A stretch of 64,000 nt of DNA from Octopus vulgaris (taxonomy: Eukaryota), in assembly GCA_951406725.2 (NCBI GenBank), contig OX597815.1, positions 165,788,001 through 165,852,000 of the forward strand, in the 5' to 3' direction. A model generated the notes under the pieces. It did no database searches. It was not told the DNA's origin and saw only the letters and a list, made by a program, of their open reading frames with translations. Within the stretch, counting starts at the first letter, position 1. Every line of letters begins with the position of its first letter. Positions 1-41,528 of the stretch are shown piece after piece. The translations under genes were made by a program, and so were the position numbers.

Positions 1-93
1 GTATGTTTTTATCCTAGAATAATTGTTTATAAACTCAAATTTTAACTGTTTTCTATTTTTTTCTTTTTCCCCCCTCATATTTCTTTCATCCAG

Positions 94-28072
<27,979 letters not shown>

Positions 28073-28302
28073 TTTACTCGGAATATTTAAATTGATTAGT
28101 AGAAGTAGACAGCTGAAATATTTGAAAGCAGCAAAGATTTAACAGCAACAACGATGAGTATTGTCATTTGTTCAAAGGGAAACATACAAACACACCTGCC
28201 TTCCACTAAGCCATACCGTTATTACGTTTGTAGAACATCACAAACCATAAGAAGTTCAATTTTAATTATCAAAGAACGGACACACACACGCACACGCACA
28301 CG

Positions 28303-28358
<56 letters not shown>

Positions 28359-28503
28359 TATACTACCACCACCACCACCACCACCACACGCATGCGCATA
28401 CACACGCATACATTCCTCTAATTTGTGAATGTATGCATCTATCTATCTATCTAACTACCTTTCTGTCTCCCCTTCCTCTTTCTTTTTCTCTTTCTCTCTC
28501 TCA

Positions 28504-28600
<97 letters not shown>

Positions 28601-29012
28601 GAGGGGATATTATTCCAAACTTACAGGGAAAAATTCAACTTAGAAATGCTAAATCAAATTTCACAAAATATAATATATATATAGATTAGAAAAAACCACC
28701 TTTTATCAATTCAATAATGAAAAAATTAAATTATACCATTTAGAAAAATTACATCTTATAGAAAGATTAAATATAAGATAAAATATATACCAATGAGTAA
28801 GTAATGTGCAAAATAATAAATAAAACGTATATATATATAATTGTTAGCAACAGAAACAGTTTTAATACCAAAAGGAAATATTTACCCCAACTTAAAAGCG
28901 GATGTTTTGTTACAACACAGAATACTGTGATAGTTACCATAAGAAAACCTCTCATATGGATTTGTGGTGCATATAAGCACTCTTGTTTACATCGCTAGCG
29001 GGGAGATAAATC

Positions 29013-29074
<62 letters not shown>

Positions 29075-29081
29075 ATATCTT

Positions 29082-29119
<38 letters not shown>

Positions 29120-29482
29120 AAGCCATACTTCTACGGTTCTACTGATTTGTAGCTAATGTCATATGTGCACAGGGTTACATGACAACGGATCTGGATAAAA
29201 CTCTAGAAATGCTAGTGTTCTTCGAGAAAGTACAGAGCCAATTATTTTGCAACCTGAAAATCTAATCGTTTAAAGGAACAGTGAAAATTTGCAAAAATAT
29301 TTCAAGGATTCTCCATTTGAGGTCCCAGGTGGACACATGAAGACAGTTACATATACAGATGGAATACAAACAAAGCTACACACACACACATGTACACACA
29401 TATTTGCATATACATACATATATACACTGTATTTAAAAGCAGCGGAACTATAACAAAAGCTGTTACTCGGAGTTTCATGTTC

Positions 29483-29516
29483 CTGACGAACGGGAACGTG
29501 AAACTTTGAGTAACAG
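29483..29516 (+). ncRNA. Hammerhead-like motif at the centre of fold-back element 29433-29543
   Basis: CTGACGA-acg ggaa cgt-GAAAC-tttga-GTA-acag; the mirror arm reads GAAACTCCGAGTAACAG (helix III actc/gagt). The 5' strand of helix I is replaced by the inversion. Confidence 0.6.
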
Positions 29517-29617
29517 CTTTTGTTATTTTTCTGCTGCTTTTAAGTAAAGAATATTACTCTACCGCTGGTATTTGAGTACCCTTTTTTCCACCTTGTTTCA
29601 CATTTATGTGCTTATCC

Positions 29618-29675
<58 letters not shown>

Positions 29676-29801
29676 GTGTACATATATATGTGTGTGTGTG
29701 TGTGCGTGCATGCGTACCTGCACCACATCTCTTTACGTTCTGTGCAGCTTTGTGTTAGAGCAGGAAGTGATTGTTTACAAATATTTAGAGCTGTATATAC
29801 T

Positions 29802-30196
29802 GTTCTACTTTAGGCACAAGGTCTGAAATTTTTGAGGAGGGGAGCAGTCGGTTAGATCGACCCCAGTATGCAACTGGTACTTAATTTATCGACCCCGAAA
29901 GGATGAAAGGCGAGGTCGACCTCGGCGGAATTTGAACTCAGAACTTAACGGCAAGCGAAATACTTATTTCTTTACTACCCACAAGGGGCTAAACACAGAG
30001 AGGACAAACAAGGACAGACAAATGGATTAAGTCGATTATATCTACCCCAGTGCGCAACTGGTACTTAATTTATCGACCCGAAAGGATGAAAGGCAAAGTC
30101 GACATCGGTGGAATTTGAACTCAGAACGTAGCGGCAGACGAAATACCGCTAAGCATTTCGCCCGGCGTGCTAACGTTTCTGCCAGCTCGCCGCCTT
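29802..30196 (-). mobile_element. SINE family B dimer
   Basis: Head + unit with tail 1 + unit with tail 2. Confidence 0.82.
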
Positions 30197-31129
30197 TTAG
30201 AGCTGTATATCGAATAATGAGCAGAGAGCCTGGCAAAATACTTTGCAGTATTTAGTTACCACTTTTTGTGTTCCGATTTCAGATCCCACCGAGGTTGACT
30301 TTGCCTTTCCCCTTCCAGATTTGGGGCTGCGTCCGATAAAGTATTAAGCTCGATTTTTATCGACTGTAACCTCCTTTGCCTCCATTATTAACGATACTTT
30401 TTATTTCTGATTTACAAAGCGGTGTGCTAGCATAATCTTGAAGCACGTCGGGGTGGGGGGTGCTCAACAGCAATTCGTCTGTCTTCATGTTCTGAGTTCA
30501 AATTCCAACGGGGTCGCCTTTACCTTTCATAATTTTCTTTTTTTTTTTTTTAGTTTGGTGGGTGGGTGTCTAATGTAATCGACTTAACTCCTTTCCTCAA
30601 AATTGCTGACCTTGCGCCAAAATTGGAAAGCGTCAGAAAGAAATATTTACCATATGAACAGATTTGAACTTCTCTTCAGAAATTTACTCCTGCACTATTT
30701 GTTGTATGAATATATTACGTTGTAGATTAGTACAATGTGTGCATGCATTAAATATATCTTACTAAAATGTTTTTTTCAAAATGATTTCTTACATTTTAAT
30801 GACTTCTTATAAAAAGTGGTGTTATTATGTGAAATATAATAAAGATTATCATAAAACTGTTATCTTTAAACCAATAAACCTATTGTGTGAACATTCTTTC
30901 TCTTCATGTATTTATTATAAAGAACCGAAATAAAAACACATTGCAATGTAACAATGATACGTTTCATGTTCCTTCTTACTATGTATATTGGAGTGTGAGA
31001 TAAATTCGATTGTTTTTTTTTTTTTGTTTTTTTTTTTCAGTTATCTTAATCTTTATTTTTTTATCAGAATTTTTTGCAAATCAGTCAATAATATATTCTC
31101 CTTCATTGTTCACGGTATCTTACTAGTGC

Positions 31130-33545
31130 CCCCCTAGCTTGGCAATGTTAGAGATCACCAGGTTTCGACTCGAAGAATTCATCGAGCGCCACGTATTATT
31201 CAATTCTGCCTCGTTGCCGGATGAAACGTCACGCAGACCGATAGAGTGCGGAAAAGGTATTAATCTGAAGATTCTATATCAGGAGAATATTCTGGATGCA
31301 GTAGATCTTCCTAAACGAGCTCTTGAATGGCGTTTTTGGTCAAATTTGCGACGTTGGATGGTTGAACGCAATCGTGTGAAGAAGCTTGCCATATTTCCCA
31401 TCAGATCATTTTATCTCGATTTTGAGAAACTGTATCGAAATATCAAAGTATATGTATATATAAATATGATGGATTATCTTGTCGTGGACGACAAATGTGA
31501 GTTCAGTAAAATAAAGCGTTGATCATGGACACGAGCGTGTCTCTTGAGGCCTACTGGATGCCTTGGAAACCTTTTGGTGAATGGAATAAGTTCAAGACTC
31601 AGTTTGCTTGAGTGCTTGTGGATTATTTACTATGTTTTCTTATGTGGACAGCTAGCCATGCTTTGCTTCGTACCACAAAAGGTATTAATCTGAAGATTCT
31701 ATATCAGGAGAATATTCTGGATGCAGTAGATCTTCCTAAACGAGCTGTTGAATGGCGTTTTTGGTCAAATTAGCGATGTTGAATGGGTGAACGCAATCGT
31801 GTGAAGAAGAATGACAAGTAAGGTTTCCATTTAGAGGAACAGTGTTTTGCAGCGTGTCTTCATGCTTGCACGAAGTTGGTCCCGGTGTTGGAGTCGATTT
31901 TACTCAAATTTTTGAACTGAGGAGAAGCAGAACTGGCACCAGGTTCTGTGTTCTGAGCTTTGTTTTTCCATGAAGAAAAGGGAATGTTGCATTGTTTTAG
32001 ATTGTCTTTCAGTTGGTCTTTGAAGCGCAAGAGTGGCCTTTCAACTGACCTTCCTGTTGGGAATTGGCCAAACAGATGTTGCTTCGAGATTCTGATATCA
32101 CTTATACGCGAGAGATGACCTGACCATCTAAGCTGTATTTCGATGAGGATGGCTTCAATACCTGACATATTGTATTTTGTAAGTACCTCACTGTTATGAA
32201 TATGGTCGCTCGGTTTTATATTGGAGATAGTACGCAAGCATCGCATATGAAAAGCGCCAAGCTGATTAATGTGCTTTCGGTACAAAGTCCAAAATTCAGC
32301 ACCATAAAACAATGTCGTCAAGACCAGCGACTTATATACAGTAACTTTCACCTTCAACGATACGTCGTAGCTGTTCCATAGCCTGTGATAAAGCTTACCG
32401 AGAACGGAGCTAGCCTTCTCGATTCTGGACTCAATTTCTTTATCCGTATTCGCTTCATTGGACACAATGGAACCAAGATAAGTGAAGGAGGAAACAGTTT
32501 TTAATGCTTTCCCATCAACATATACTGTAGGGGCAACAGCGAGAAGATGTTTACGAATGGGCTGATAGATAATCTCAGACCAAAGGCCTTCGATGCACGC
32601 GAGAAGATGTTTAGAATCCATTGCATGTCCTCGAGAGTGTGTGCTACAAGTGCGCAATCGTCTGCGAAGAGCAAATCTCGAACTGCTTGCACCAAAGTCT
32701 CAGTCTTTTCTTTGAAGCGTTGTTGGTTGAACAAGCCACTACCAGTTCTGTACTCAAACTTTACACCTTCTTTAACATACACGAACGTTGTTTCCAACAT
32801 GACAAAGAAATACAAAGCAGATAAGAGAGGTGAAAGAACACAGCCTTGTTTTGTCCCATTTGAGACTGTGAATGAATCGAACACTTCCCCGCTATATCTG
32901 ACAGAAACCATGATCCCTTGATGGAAAGAAATTATGACATTGAGCATCTTTTCTGAAACACCTAGCTTTCTCAGGACAACCCAAAGAGCACCCCCTAGAT
33001 ACGGTGTGGAAATCTTTAGTTGGATCAACAAAAGTGACAAATAGGCCTAGGTTGTGCTCACGAGCCTGTTCCTGCAGTTGCCTTAGGCTAAAAATCATAA
33101 TCTCTGTGCCTCTACCGGCCAGAAATCCAGACTGAGATTCAGGCCACACTAAGCTGGCAAGGACATCATTTAGTCTATTTAAGATAACCCTTCCATGGAT
33201 CTTCCCAGCAACACACAAAAGAATGATACCTGTATGGTTTTCGCATTTACATTTGTTACCTCTGTGCTTATCAAGATGGATAATAGAAGCGTCTTTGAAC
33301 TCCTGTGGGACTGATCCTGATTCCCAGATTAAAGAGAAGAGTTCACATAACTTGTCAGCAGGAGACTGCTACCACATTTATATATCTCGGCTGGTATGCC
33401 ATCATTCTCAGATGATTTTCCAATCGTGAGCTGTTTTATAGCCTTTTTTTTTTCATTTCAGCATTTGCTGGAGTGACTGACAGTTCTTCAAGGACAGGCC
33501 TTGGTGGTAGGTTGACGATCAGTTATTCCTCAACGATTGAGTCCA
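31130..33545 (-). mobile_element. 5'-truncated, frameshifted RTE-clade LINE
   Basis: PESQSGF, LRQLQEQARE, GTKQGCVLSP, LLFADDCALVAH, FTYLGS, QLRWSGH, C-terminal SKAWLAVHIRKH*. The 3' boundary is approximate. Confidence 0.88.
31252..31808. repeat. ~130-bp direct repeat (31252-31384 and 31677-31808)
   Basis: aaaaggtattaatctgaagattc...gcaatcgtgtgaagaag twice, with few mismatches. Confidence 0.9.
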
Positions 33546-33651
33546 TATTCAGAACATTTGAAAAGTGCTCAGATTTCAAAAACAAAACTGTATTTAATTA
33601 CAAACAAATAAGTAAAATAATGATGAACACACGCGTACTTGTATATGAGTA

Positions 33652-33671
33652 TAATGAATAATGATAATAAC

Positions 33672-33761
<90 letters not shown>

Positions 33762-33785
33762 AAGAAGAAGAAGAAGAAGAAGAAG

Positions 33786-33818
<33 letters not shown>

Positions 33819-33849
33819 AATGATAATAATAATAATAATGATGATGATG

Positions 33850-33907
<58 letters not shown>
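33652..33907. repeat. Compound TAA/GAA/CAA microsatellite
   Basis: Directly visible. Confidence 0.95.
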
Positions 33908-34277
33908 GAGCACTCGGAGAGCGCAAATCTCCGCCAAGGCAACACCAACGTCTTCTCAACAATTAGCAAGAGATGATTTTTAAAATGAGAATATCTGAAA
34001 TAAACTCGACTGCTCTCACAAACAAGAATGCTAAAAATGAACCCGACAGCTCTCAAATATTAAGTAAAAAACAAAAACGGGAAAATAATCCAGAATCCTT
34101 GTCCGATACCGGATCGATCCCAAAATCTAATCTGTTTGTGCCAGTCACGTGCCAAACATCCCTGAAAGTTTCATCCGAATCCATCCAGTGGTTCTTGAGA
34201 TATCTTGTCCACGGACAAACAAACAAACAAACACAACTGAAAACAATACCTCCGCCTTAGCGAAGGCAGGGGTAATA
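33908..34277 (+). mobile_element. Helentron/HINE-like non-autonomous element
   Basis: (acaa)n near the 3' end and terminal hairpin acctccgcctt-agcg-aaggcaggggt. Confidence 0.45.
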
Positions 34278-34589
34278 GCAAAGTAATATATGTTTTGGAG
34301 CGTGGCTTTTGGATCATGCTGTATTGTTTTTCTTTTTCTTCTTTTAAAGACAATGTGGTGTGAGTTGTGAGAGGTTTAGTTCGATCAGTTTGAGAGGACG
34401 GCCGAATTTTCTTTAAATAATACCTTACAGTTACAAAAAAAATGAAAGGAACACTGGAATATGTAGTCCTAGATACACCAAATATGACAAAATTTTTTTT
34501 TTTTTTTTTGAAAGATGAATTGTCAGCGACAAAATGGTCAACATCGGCTTTGGACCAAGTAACAACGGTAATGGCAACTATACGCCCAC

Positions 34590-35432
34590 ACGACGGAGAC
34601 GACGAGGACGGAGACGACGACGACGACGACGAAGAAGAAGAAGAAGAAGAAGAAGAAGAAGAAGAAGAAGAAGAAGAAGAAGAAGAAGAAGAAGAAGAAG
34701 AAGAAGAAGAAGAAGAAGAAGAAGAAGAAGAAGCGGAAGAAGAAGAAGAAGAAGAAGAAGGAGAAGAAGGAGAAGGAAGAGGAGGACAAGAAGGGAGGAG
34801 GAGGAAGAGAGGAGGACGAGGAGAAGGAGGAGAATGACGAGAGGGGGGAGAAGGACGAGGAAGGGAAGAAAAAGAAGAAGAAGAAGGAGGAGAAGAAGAA
34901 GAAGAAGAAGAAGAAGAAGAAGAAGAAGAAGAAGAAGAAGAAGAAGAAGAAGAAGGAGGAGAAGAAGAAGAAGGAGGAGGAGAAGAAGAAGAAGAAAAAG
35001 AAGAAGAAAAAGAAGAAGAAAAAGAAGAAGAAGAAGAAGAAGAAGAAGCGGAAGAAGAAGAAGAAGAAGAAGAAGAAGAAGGAGAAGAAGGAGAAGGAAG
35101 AGGAGGACAAGAAGGGAGGAGGAGGAAGAGAGGAGGACGAGGAGAAGGAGGAGAATGACGAGAGGGGGAGAAGGACGAGGAAGGGAAGAAAAAGAAGAAG
35201 AAGAAGGAGGAGAAGAAGAAGAAGAAGAAGAAGAAGAAGAAGAAGAAGAAGAAGAAAAAGGAGAAGAAGAAGAAGAAGAAGAAAAAGGAGAAGAAGAAGA
35301 AGGAGAAGAAGAAGAAGAAGAAGAAGAAGAAGAAGAAGAAGAAGAAGAAGAAGAAGAAGAAGAAGAAGAAGAGAAGAAGAAAAAATGAAGAAGAACGACG
35401 ACGACAACAACAACAACAGCAACAACAACAAC
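34590..35432. repeat. (GAA)n purine tract with internal higher-order duplication
   Basis: The unique segment ggacaagaaggg...gaatgacgagaggg occurs twice, about 320 bp apart. Confidence 0.95.
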
Positions 35433-35586
35433 ATGACAGAAATAAAGACATAGAACTTAATTTTGAAAAGTTAAACCAATGAATAAAAGGAGGTTGATAA
35501 CTTGAAACGATAAATCATAAAAACTCAACAGATTTTTTTTTCAACAAGTTACAGTCCGCTTGAAATAAGTGCTACTCTTCATTTCC

Positions 35587-35980
35587 GTGGAGGCGCAATG
35601 GCCCAGTGGTTAGGGCAGCGGACTCGCGGTCGTAGGATCGCGGTTTCGATTCCCAGACCGGGCGTTGTGAGTGTTTATTGAGCGAAAACACCTAAAAAGC
35701 TCCACAAGGCTCCGGCAGGGATGGTGGTGATCCCTGCTGTACTCTTTCACCACAACTTTCTCTCACTCTTACTTCCTGTTTCTGTTGTACCTGTATTTCA
35801 AAGGGCCGGCCTTGTCACTCTCTGTGTCACGCTGAATATCCCCGAGAACTACGTTAAGGGTACACGTGTCTGTGGAGTGCTCAGCTACTTACACGTTAAT
35901 TTCACGAGCAGGCTGTTCCGTTGATCGGATCAACCTGAACCCTCGTCGTCGTAACCGACGGAGTGCTTCCAAAAAAAAAA
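35587..35980 (+). mobile_element. tRNA-derived SINE family C, full length with A tail
   Basis: 12-bp TSD ctcttcatttcc at 35575-35586 and 35981-35992; near-identical to 16086-16474. Confidence 0.9.
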
Positions 35981-36160
35981 CTCTTCATTTCCACACACAC
36001 ACACACACACACACTAGTACATCATTAATTTTTAGTTTTACTTTCATTGTTCGTACTTTTGAGAATGACATGAATGAACATAATCATGAATCATTTTTTT
36101 GTCTGCTTTGGTAAATTAGGTTTCGCGTTACAGAACCTAACACAGAATAGTGAAGCATTT

Positions 36161-36579
36161 GGATTTTTTCCGTTTGAACGGCAGTTTTTCTAGCGGTGCC
36201 ATATGAAACTGTCGCCCAAAATTATGACCCTAGTATAGATCTATTGCATTTTATCTGTTTTAGGGTTAGGGTTAGTTAGGATTAGGGGTGGGGGGAAGGG
36301 TATTTTTTTTTCATCAGAAATGTAAATAAACCCAATCTGTTTCTTAAACGAGGGACATATTCATACGGCACAGAATGTTTTCACCTCAATAGACGTCAGT
36401 GATTGGTTGAAATTGCAGAAAGTGAAGAAAAAAACAACAAATATCTTACAAACTATAGAATTTTCTCAATAAAGAGAAAAAGATGTTTTATAAACACATT
36501 CTACCAGTATACGAAGTTTAAAAGTGTTTAGTTACGTGGAAATTATTTTAAAAAACTGCCGGTCAAACCGAAAAGATCC
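36161..36579. mobile_element. Same MITE, copy 2 (inverted)
   Basis: Same TIRs; 7-bp flanking repeat agcattt. Confidence 0.85.
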
Positions 36580-37459
36580 AGCATTTCAATATATACACTC
36601 CCACACACTATGGCAGGGTCTTAACCTGCTAGAATCGAAAATAGATATATTAATTAAAAGATGAAAAATATTTCATTAGTTTCAAAAATAGATCAGAAAT
36701 TCAATAAGATTGTAGCATTCGTCCAAGGGACAGAAGTCAGATCTTGAAATCAAGGGAGATAACTCCTCTTAATACTTACCAAAATTCAAATGCTGCAGTT
36801 CATAAAGGGTATATATATATAAATAAATATATATATATAAATAAATATATATATACATAAATATACATACATACATACATACATACATACATACATACAC
36901 ACAGAGGACCATTCTATTTCACACACACAGAGGACCATTCTATTTCACAGGTATATATATATATATATATATACCTGTGAAATATATTGTATTTTACTTT
37001 TAAGGTAAGAATAAGAGAATAATAAATAGTAAGAACTGGAATGACGAATGCCTTTAAATCACTTTCTATAGATAAAGGGCAACAAAGTGCTGTCCTATAT
37101 CTGGAAGGGATTGCGGTCACCACTTTATTTTGAAGAACCTATTCAAGAAATCATCGTTTTTTTTGTTTTGTTTTTTTTAATATTCTATCATTTACATATT
37201 TCTGACCTTGGACTGCGGTCAGTCTGGAGCACTACCTTAAAAGATTTGGTCGAACAAGTCGATTCAAGTATTTATTATTTTTAAGAGAGGTACTTATTCT
37301 ATCGGTTCCTCATGCCGAACCGTTAAACAAACTAACACCGGTTGCCAAGTGGTTGATGGGAGATAAGCACAATCACAAAGCCATACACACACACATAAAT
37401 ACAAACATACATACATACATACATACATACATACATACACATACATACATACACATACA

Positions 37460-37520
<61 letters not shown>

Positions 37521-38879
37521 CGTGTTTCTTTGATTCCGTCGACCAAATCCACTCACAATTTAGTTAGCTATGGCAGAAGGCTTGCTCATGATGCCACTGT
37601 GTGGGACTGTACTCAGGATCATGTGGCTAAGAAGTAAACTTCTTACCAAACAGGTGAACTTTTTTTATATAAATTTCCAAAAAACCATATTATTCTCTAG
37701 CAGAGTGTGATTCAGTCACACTCACAAGCATACAGAAGGATTGTACTTGGAAAAGAGGTTTGTTCGCTACTTAACTCATTAACTATGCTAAATCTATCTT
37801 CATTATCGGTTCTTATTAATATTTGTGTTTGTAACAGAAATGTGGACGAGCTAAAGACCCCCCCCCCACCCGGACATGAACGACCATGGAATTGCACCTA
37901 GGAAGTTACACTCCAAGGTACATATCCGGACAAGGTTGTTTATGGAAGACTAGTAGTCGCCCCACCACCAATGTTATCCAAGGGAAAGGCAAAGGCCAAT
38001 ACAGCAGGGCACCAGTAACGTTGCAATTCATTTCTACAGCTGAGTGAATTGGAGCAACGTGAAATAAAGTGTCTTGCTTAAGAACACAACTCGTAGCCCG
38101 GTCTGGGAATCGAACTCACTACCTCGTGATTGTGAACCCGACGCTCTAACCACTGAGCCATTGTGATCCAAACACTAATACAATTTTAATGACGATGAAA
38201 ATTAACCAACCATATGACGTAACGAACTAACTTATCGGTTTCCAAATTTGGCACAAGGCCAGCAATATCGGGAGAAGGGTTTAATCGATTATATCGACCC
38301 CAGTGCTCAACTGGTACTTTTTTTTATCGACCCCGAACTGATAAACAGACGAAAGGCTAAGTCGACCTTGGCGGAATTTGAACTCAGAACTTATAGACAG
38401 ACGAAATGCCGCTGAGCATTTTGCCCGTCGTGCTGACGATTCTGCCAGGTGGCCACCCTAACGAACTGATTTACTGAGATATTTTGTAAAGGGAATCCTC
38501 TATTTATAGATAAAGCATTCATTAGATAGAAAAATAAATAAATAAACAAATAAATAAATAAATAAATAAATGGAAAAACAATTATAGGAATCTGTTGATA
38601 GTAAGTGAAAACTTGTTATTAGGCAAGCGGACAGCAAGAGAAATCTTCAGAGGAAGAGGTCCCATCAAGTAAGTTGGTTCGGCCCGTTAGTTCCTGACAT
38701 TCTAAGGAACCGGGCCCCACCTATGTCATGACTCTTAGATATCTTCCTGCTGTTTTCGAAATACCACTATTTGTAGGGATTAGAATTTGGAACTTTCGGG
38801 TGATTTTATTTCCCTGAACTGTGGCGTATATAGCTCGACCACGAAGACCACCGATTGAACTTGCGCTGTGGATCTATTA

Positions 38880-40832
38880 TCGGGGTTTTCCGAAAATCCG
38901 CCCATCCATTAGATCGCCCATGGGCGTTTATTTGGATGGGTGGTTATTTGTGGTTAAAAATTGAAACAGAGTTAGTGTTCTTGTTTGCATTCTGTTTAGA
39001 CGTTCATTTGCCCTACGTCTGAAGATAAATTCAAAGGATTTTTATTCCCAATAATGGAGTCGAAAGAAAATGTATCAAAACGTATTCAACGATCATATAC
39101 CATTAGTGAAAAATTGAGTGCTATTAAACGGGTGAAAGAACATTCTAGTAATTTATCTTCTGCGTCAAGAGACAGGTATTGATAGAAAGCGATTGAGAGA
39201 ATGGTGCACAAAAGAAACTGAGTTAATCAATATGTCAGACAAGAATAGGCGAATAGGCGCAGATCAAATTGGTGGAGGTAGAGGACCAGCACATAGAGAT
39301 CTAGAGATTGAACTCTTACAGTGGATTGTTGTTCAGCGTTTAACAATATAATTGTAAATTATCGCCGTTTACGGGAATATACTATTGAATTGGTAAAAAG
39401 GTTTGGAATTGAAATGAACAGCTTTAGACGTTCTGATATATGGATTTTCAATTTCATGAAACGGAATAAACTGACTATAAGATAACACATGTTGGTCAAA
39501 CAGACAATAAAACACTTGGATAAAAGGCACAAATCGCCAGTGACTATCTAGATAGCATTCCAGTATTAACAGCAGATAAGGGTGCTGACGAGATTTATAA
39601 TATGGATGAAACACTTGTATACGTTGACATGTTGAGTTCAGCAACCATAGACTTTATTGGCAATAAAAATGTAGATGCTAGCCACTATGGTGCTACCAAA
39701 GCTTGTTTTACTGCTGTGTTGTGTGTTAATGCTGCAGGAGAGGTGTTGAAAACAATGATTATCCTTAAAGGACTGAAAAACGTGCCTAAAATCAAGGTCC
39801 CAAAGAATATTTACTTAACAGTCTCCAACAGGGGATCAATCGCATATGAACTCCTGTAGCTGTAGGCTGACAAAGTGTTTGGGCAGAGAACAGCACAACT
39901 ATTCCATGCTCAAAATTCAGTGATATTCATGGATGAATGCTCAGTGCACAAGAAAACAAAGCTCCTAGAAGTTTTCAAACGTAGGAATACAATTCTTAAA
40001 CTTATACTTCCTAAAATAACATCTTTCTTGCAGCCGTTAGTTGTATCAATTATTGGTCCTTTCAAGAAAGCCGTTCGTGCTGAATGGGAGAATTAGTTTT
40101 TCAAATGGCAAAAAGGAGTAGACAAATAAAGTATATCGAAAAAAAAACCTTCCTATCAAGAGATAGTGAACTTTGTGACCCAAGCTGCTGCCACTTTAAA
40201 TAAAGAAACTATGAAGCGTGCTTTTGAATGTTGTGGAATTGCTCCTCGTGGACAGACTGTAGAACATAGCATCTTAAACACACACTTACAGGATGTTTTG
40301 TCTGGCTTTGAGATAAATGCGCCAGATGCACATAATGACAAAATTGAAGAAGAAGATGAGATACAAGTAAATGAAATTAGCTCTGATGTGAATTAAGGCC
40401 AAGTAACAAATGAAGAAATTCTTGACACTTTAACTTGAAACTATTCGGTTATTATTCTACCATAAATGCCCAAGGACATTATTTGGTCATACGAGGCTTC
40501 TATTCATGTTTTCAACAGTTTAATTTTCAATATTTCCTAATAGATCCATTGTTAACTTCAGAATATTTTTTAATATGTTACTTCTTTTAAGGCTATTTCA
40601 GTTTCTTTATGTCTATATATCTGATAATTGAAACAATAGAAGTTCAATGGAATTGTATAAAATAAATATGGTTTTTGAGAATATCTTTGTTTTTCCTAGG
40701 TGAAATATTTTACTTCCATATTACCGCCCACGGGCGCCTATTATAGGTGGGCGGTTATTTAAGCCAAAAAATAGTTTTGTAAAATAGAATTTTCCATTTA
40801 ACAGCCTTGGGCGGATTTTCGGAAAACCCCCG
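38880..40832 (+). mobile_element. pogo/Tigger-like DNA transposon, full length, transposase inactivated (about 39054-40396)
   Basis: ~25-bp TIRs (ggggttttccgaaaatccgccca) flanked by TA; DDE_1 motifs MDET, FMDECSVH, LQPLVVSIIGPFKK; multiple stops and frameshifts. Confidence 0.9.
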
Positions 40833-40993
40833 TACAAACTGGATTTCCCTCAAACTATTCTCTATTTAGCGGCTTGCGGTATTCTGTTTCAGCTTCAAGG
40901 GCGATAGATTGGACAAGATATTAAAGCGTCAGGAGCAAAAAAGTAATTTGCAGTATTTTCTCCGAGTTCAAATCCTGCCGATGTCAATTTATC

Positions 40994-41290
40994 CTTTCAT
41001 TCCTTCGGGATCGATAAAATAAAGTATCAGTCAAGTACTAGGTTTGATAAACTAAGAAACTAATGTAATGGTAGTTTCTATCTGTGACTAGTCGCAAGAA
41101 ATGCCCAACAATCGAATGGAATAATTTAACTGGTCTAAAAATTCTTTCATTCCTTCGGGGTCGATAAAATAAAGTATCAGTCAAGTACTAGGTTTGATAA
41201 ACAAAGAAACTAATGTAATGGTAGTTTCTATCTGTGACTAGTCGCAAGAAATGCCCAACAATCGAATGGAATAATTTAACTGGTCTAAAA
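40994..41290. repeat. 150-bp tandem duplication
   Basis: 40994-41140 and 41144-41290 differ at about 2 positions. Confidence 0.92.
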
Positions 41291-41528
41291 TAATGAATGC
41301 CCTTAAAGTCGGTAGATCTGTCTAGCAGAAACAAAAATGCGACACTTGAGGAAGGACCCACATCGAAATAGAGTTGAAAAAATTTTTAATTCATAAATAT
41401 TAAGAGTAATCTTATGTAATATCTTATGAATATGGAAAATTGTTACCTAATGAACGTGTGGGGTACAGAATCATATGATGTTATTCATTAATAAAGCCAA
41501 TAAATTTCCATCCGCTAATATTGTTAGT

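Noticed and set aside
31139-31522. Independent 127-aa gene
   Set aside because: TTG start, lies within the RTE 3' region, includes a duplicated segment, no recognisable motif.
34171-35451. Long ORFs of 284-426 aa (poly-S/F/E/R)
   Set aside because: Stop-free readings of (GAA)n microsatellite; no splice or domain evidence.
35587-35665. tRNA gene
   Set aside because: tRNA-derived SINE head continuing into a SINE body with A tail and TSD. The same applies to the other tRNA-like heads.
36914-37897. Short minus-strand ORFs as exons of a third gene
   Set aside because: No recognisable protein similarity and weak splice acceptors.
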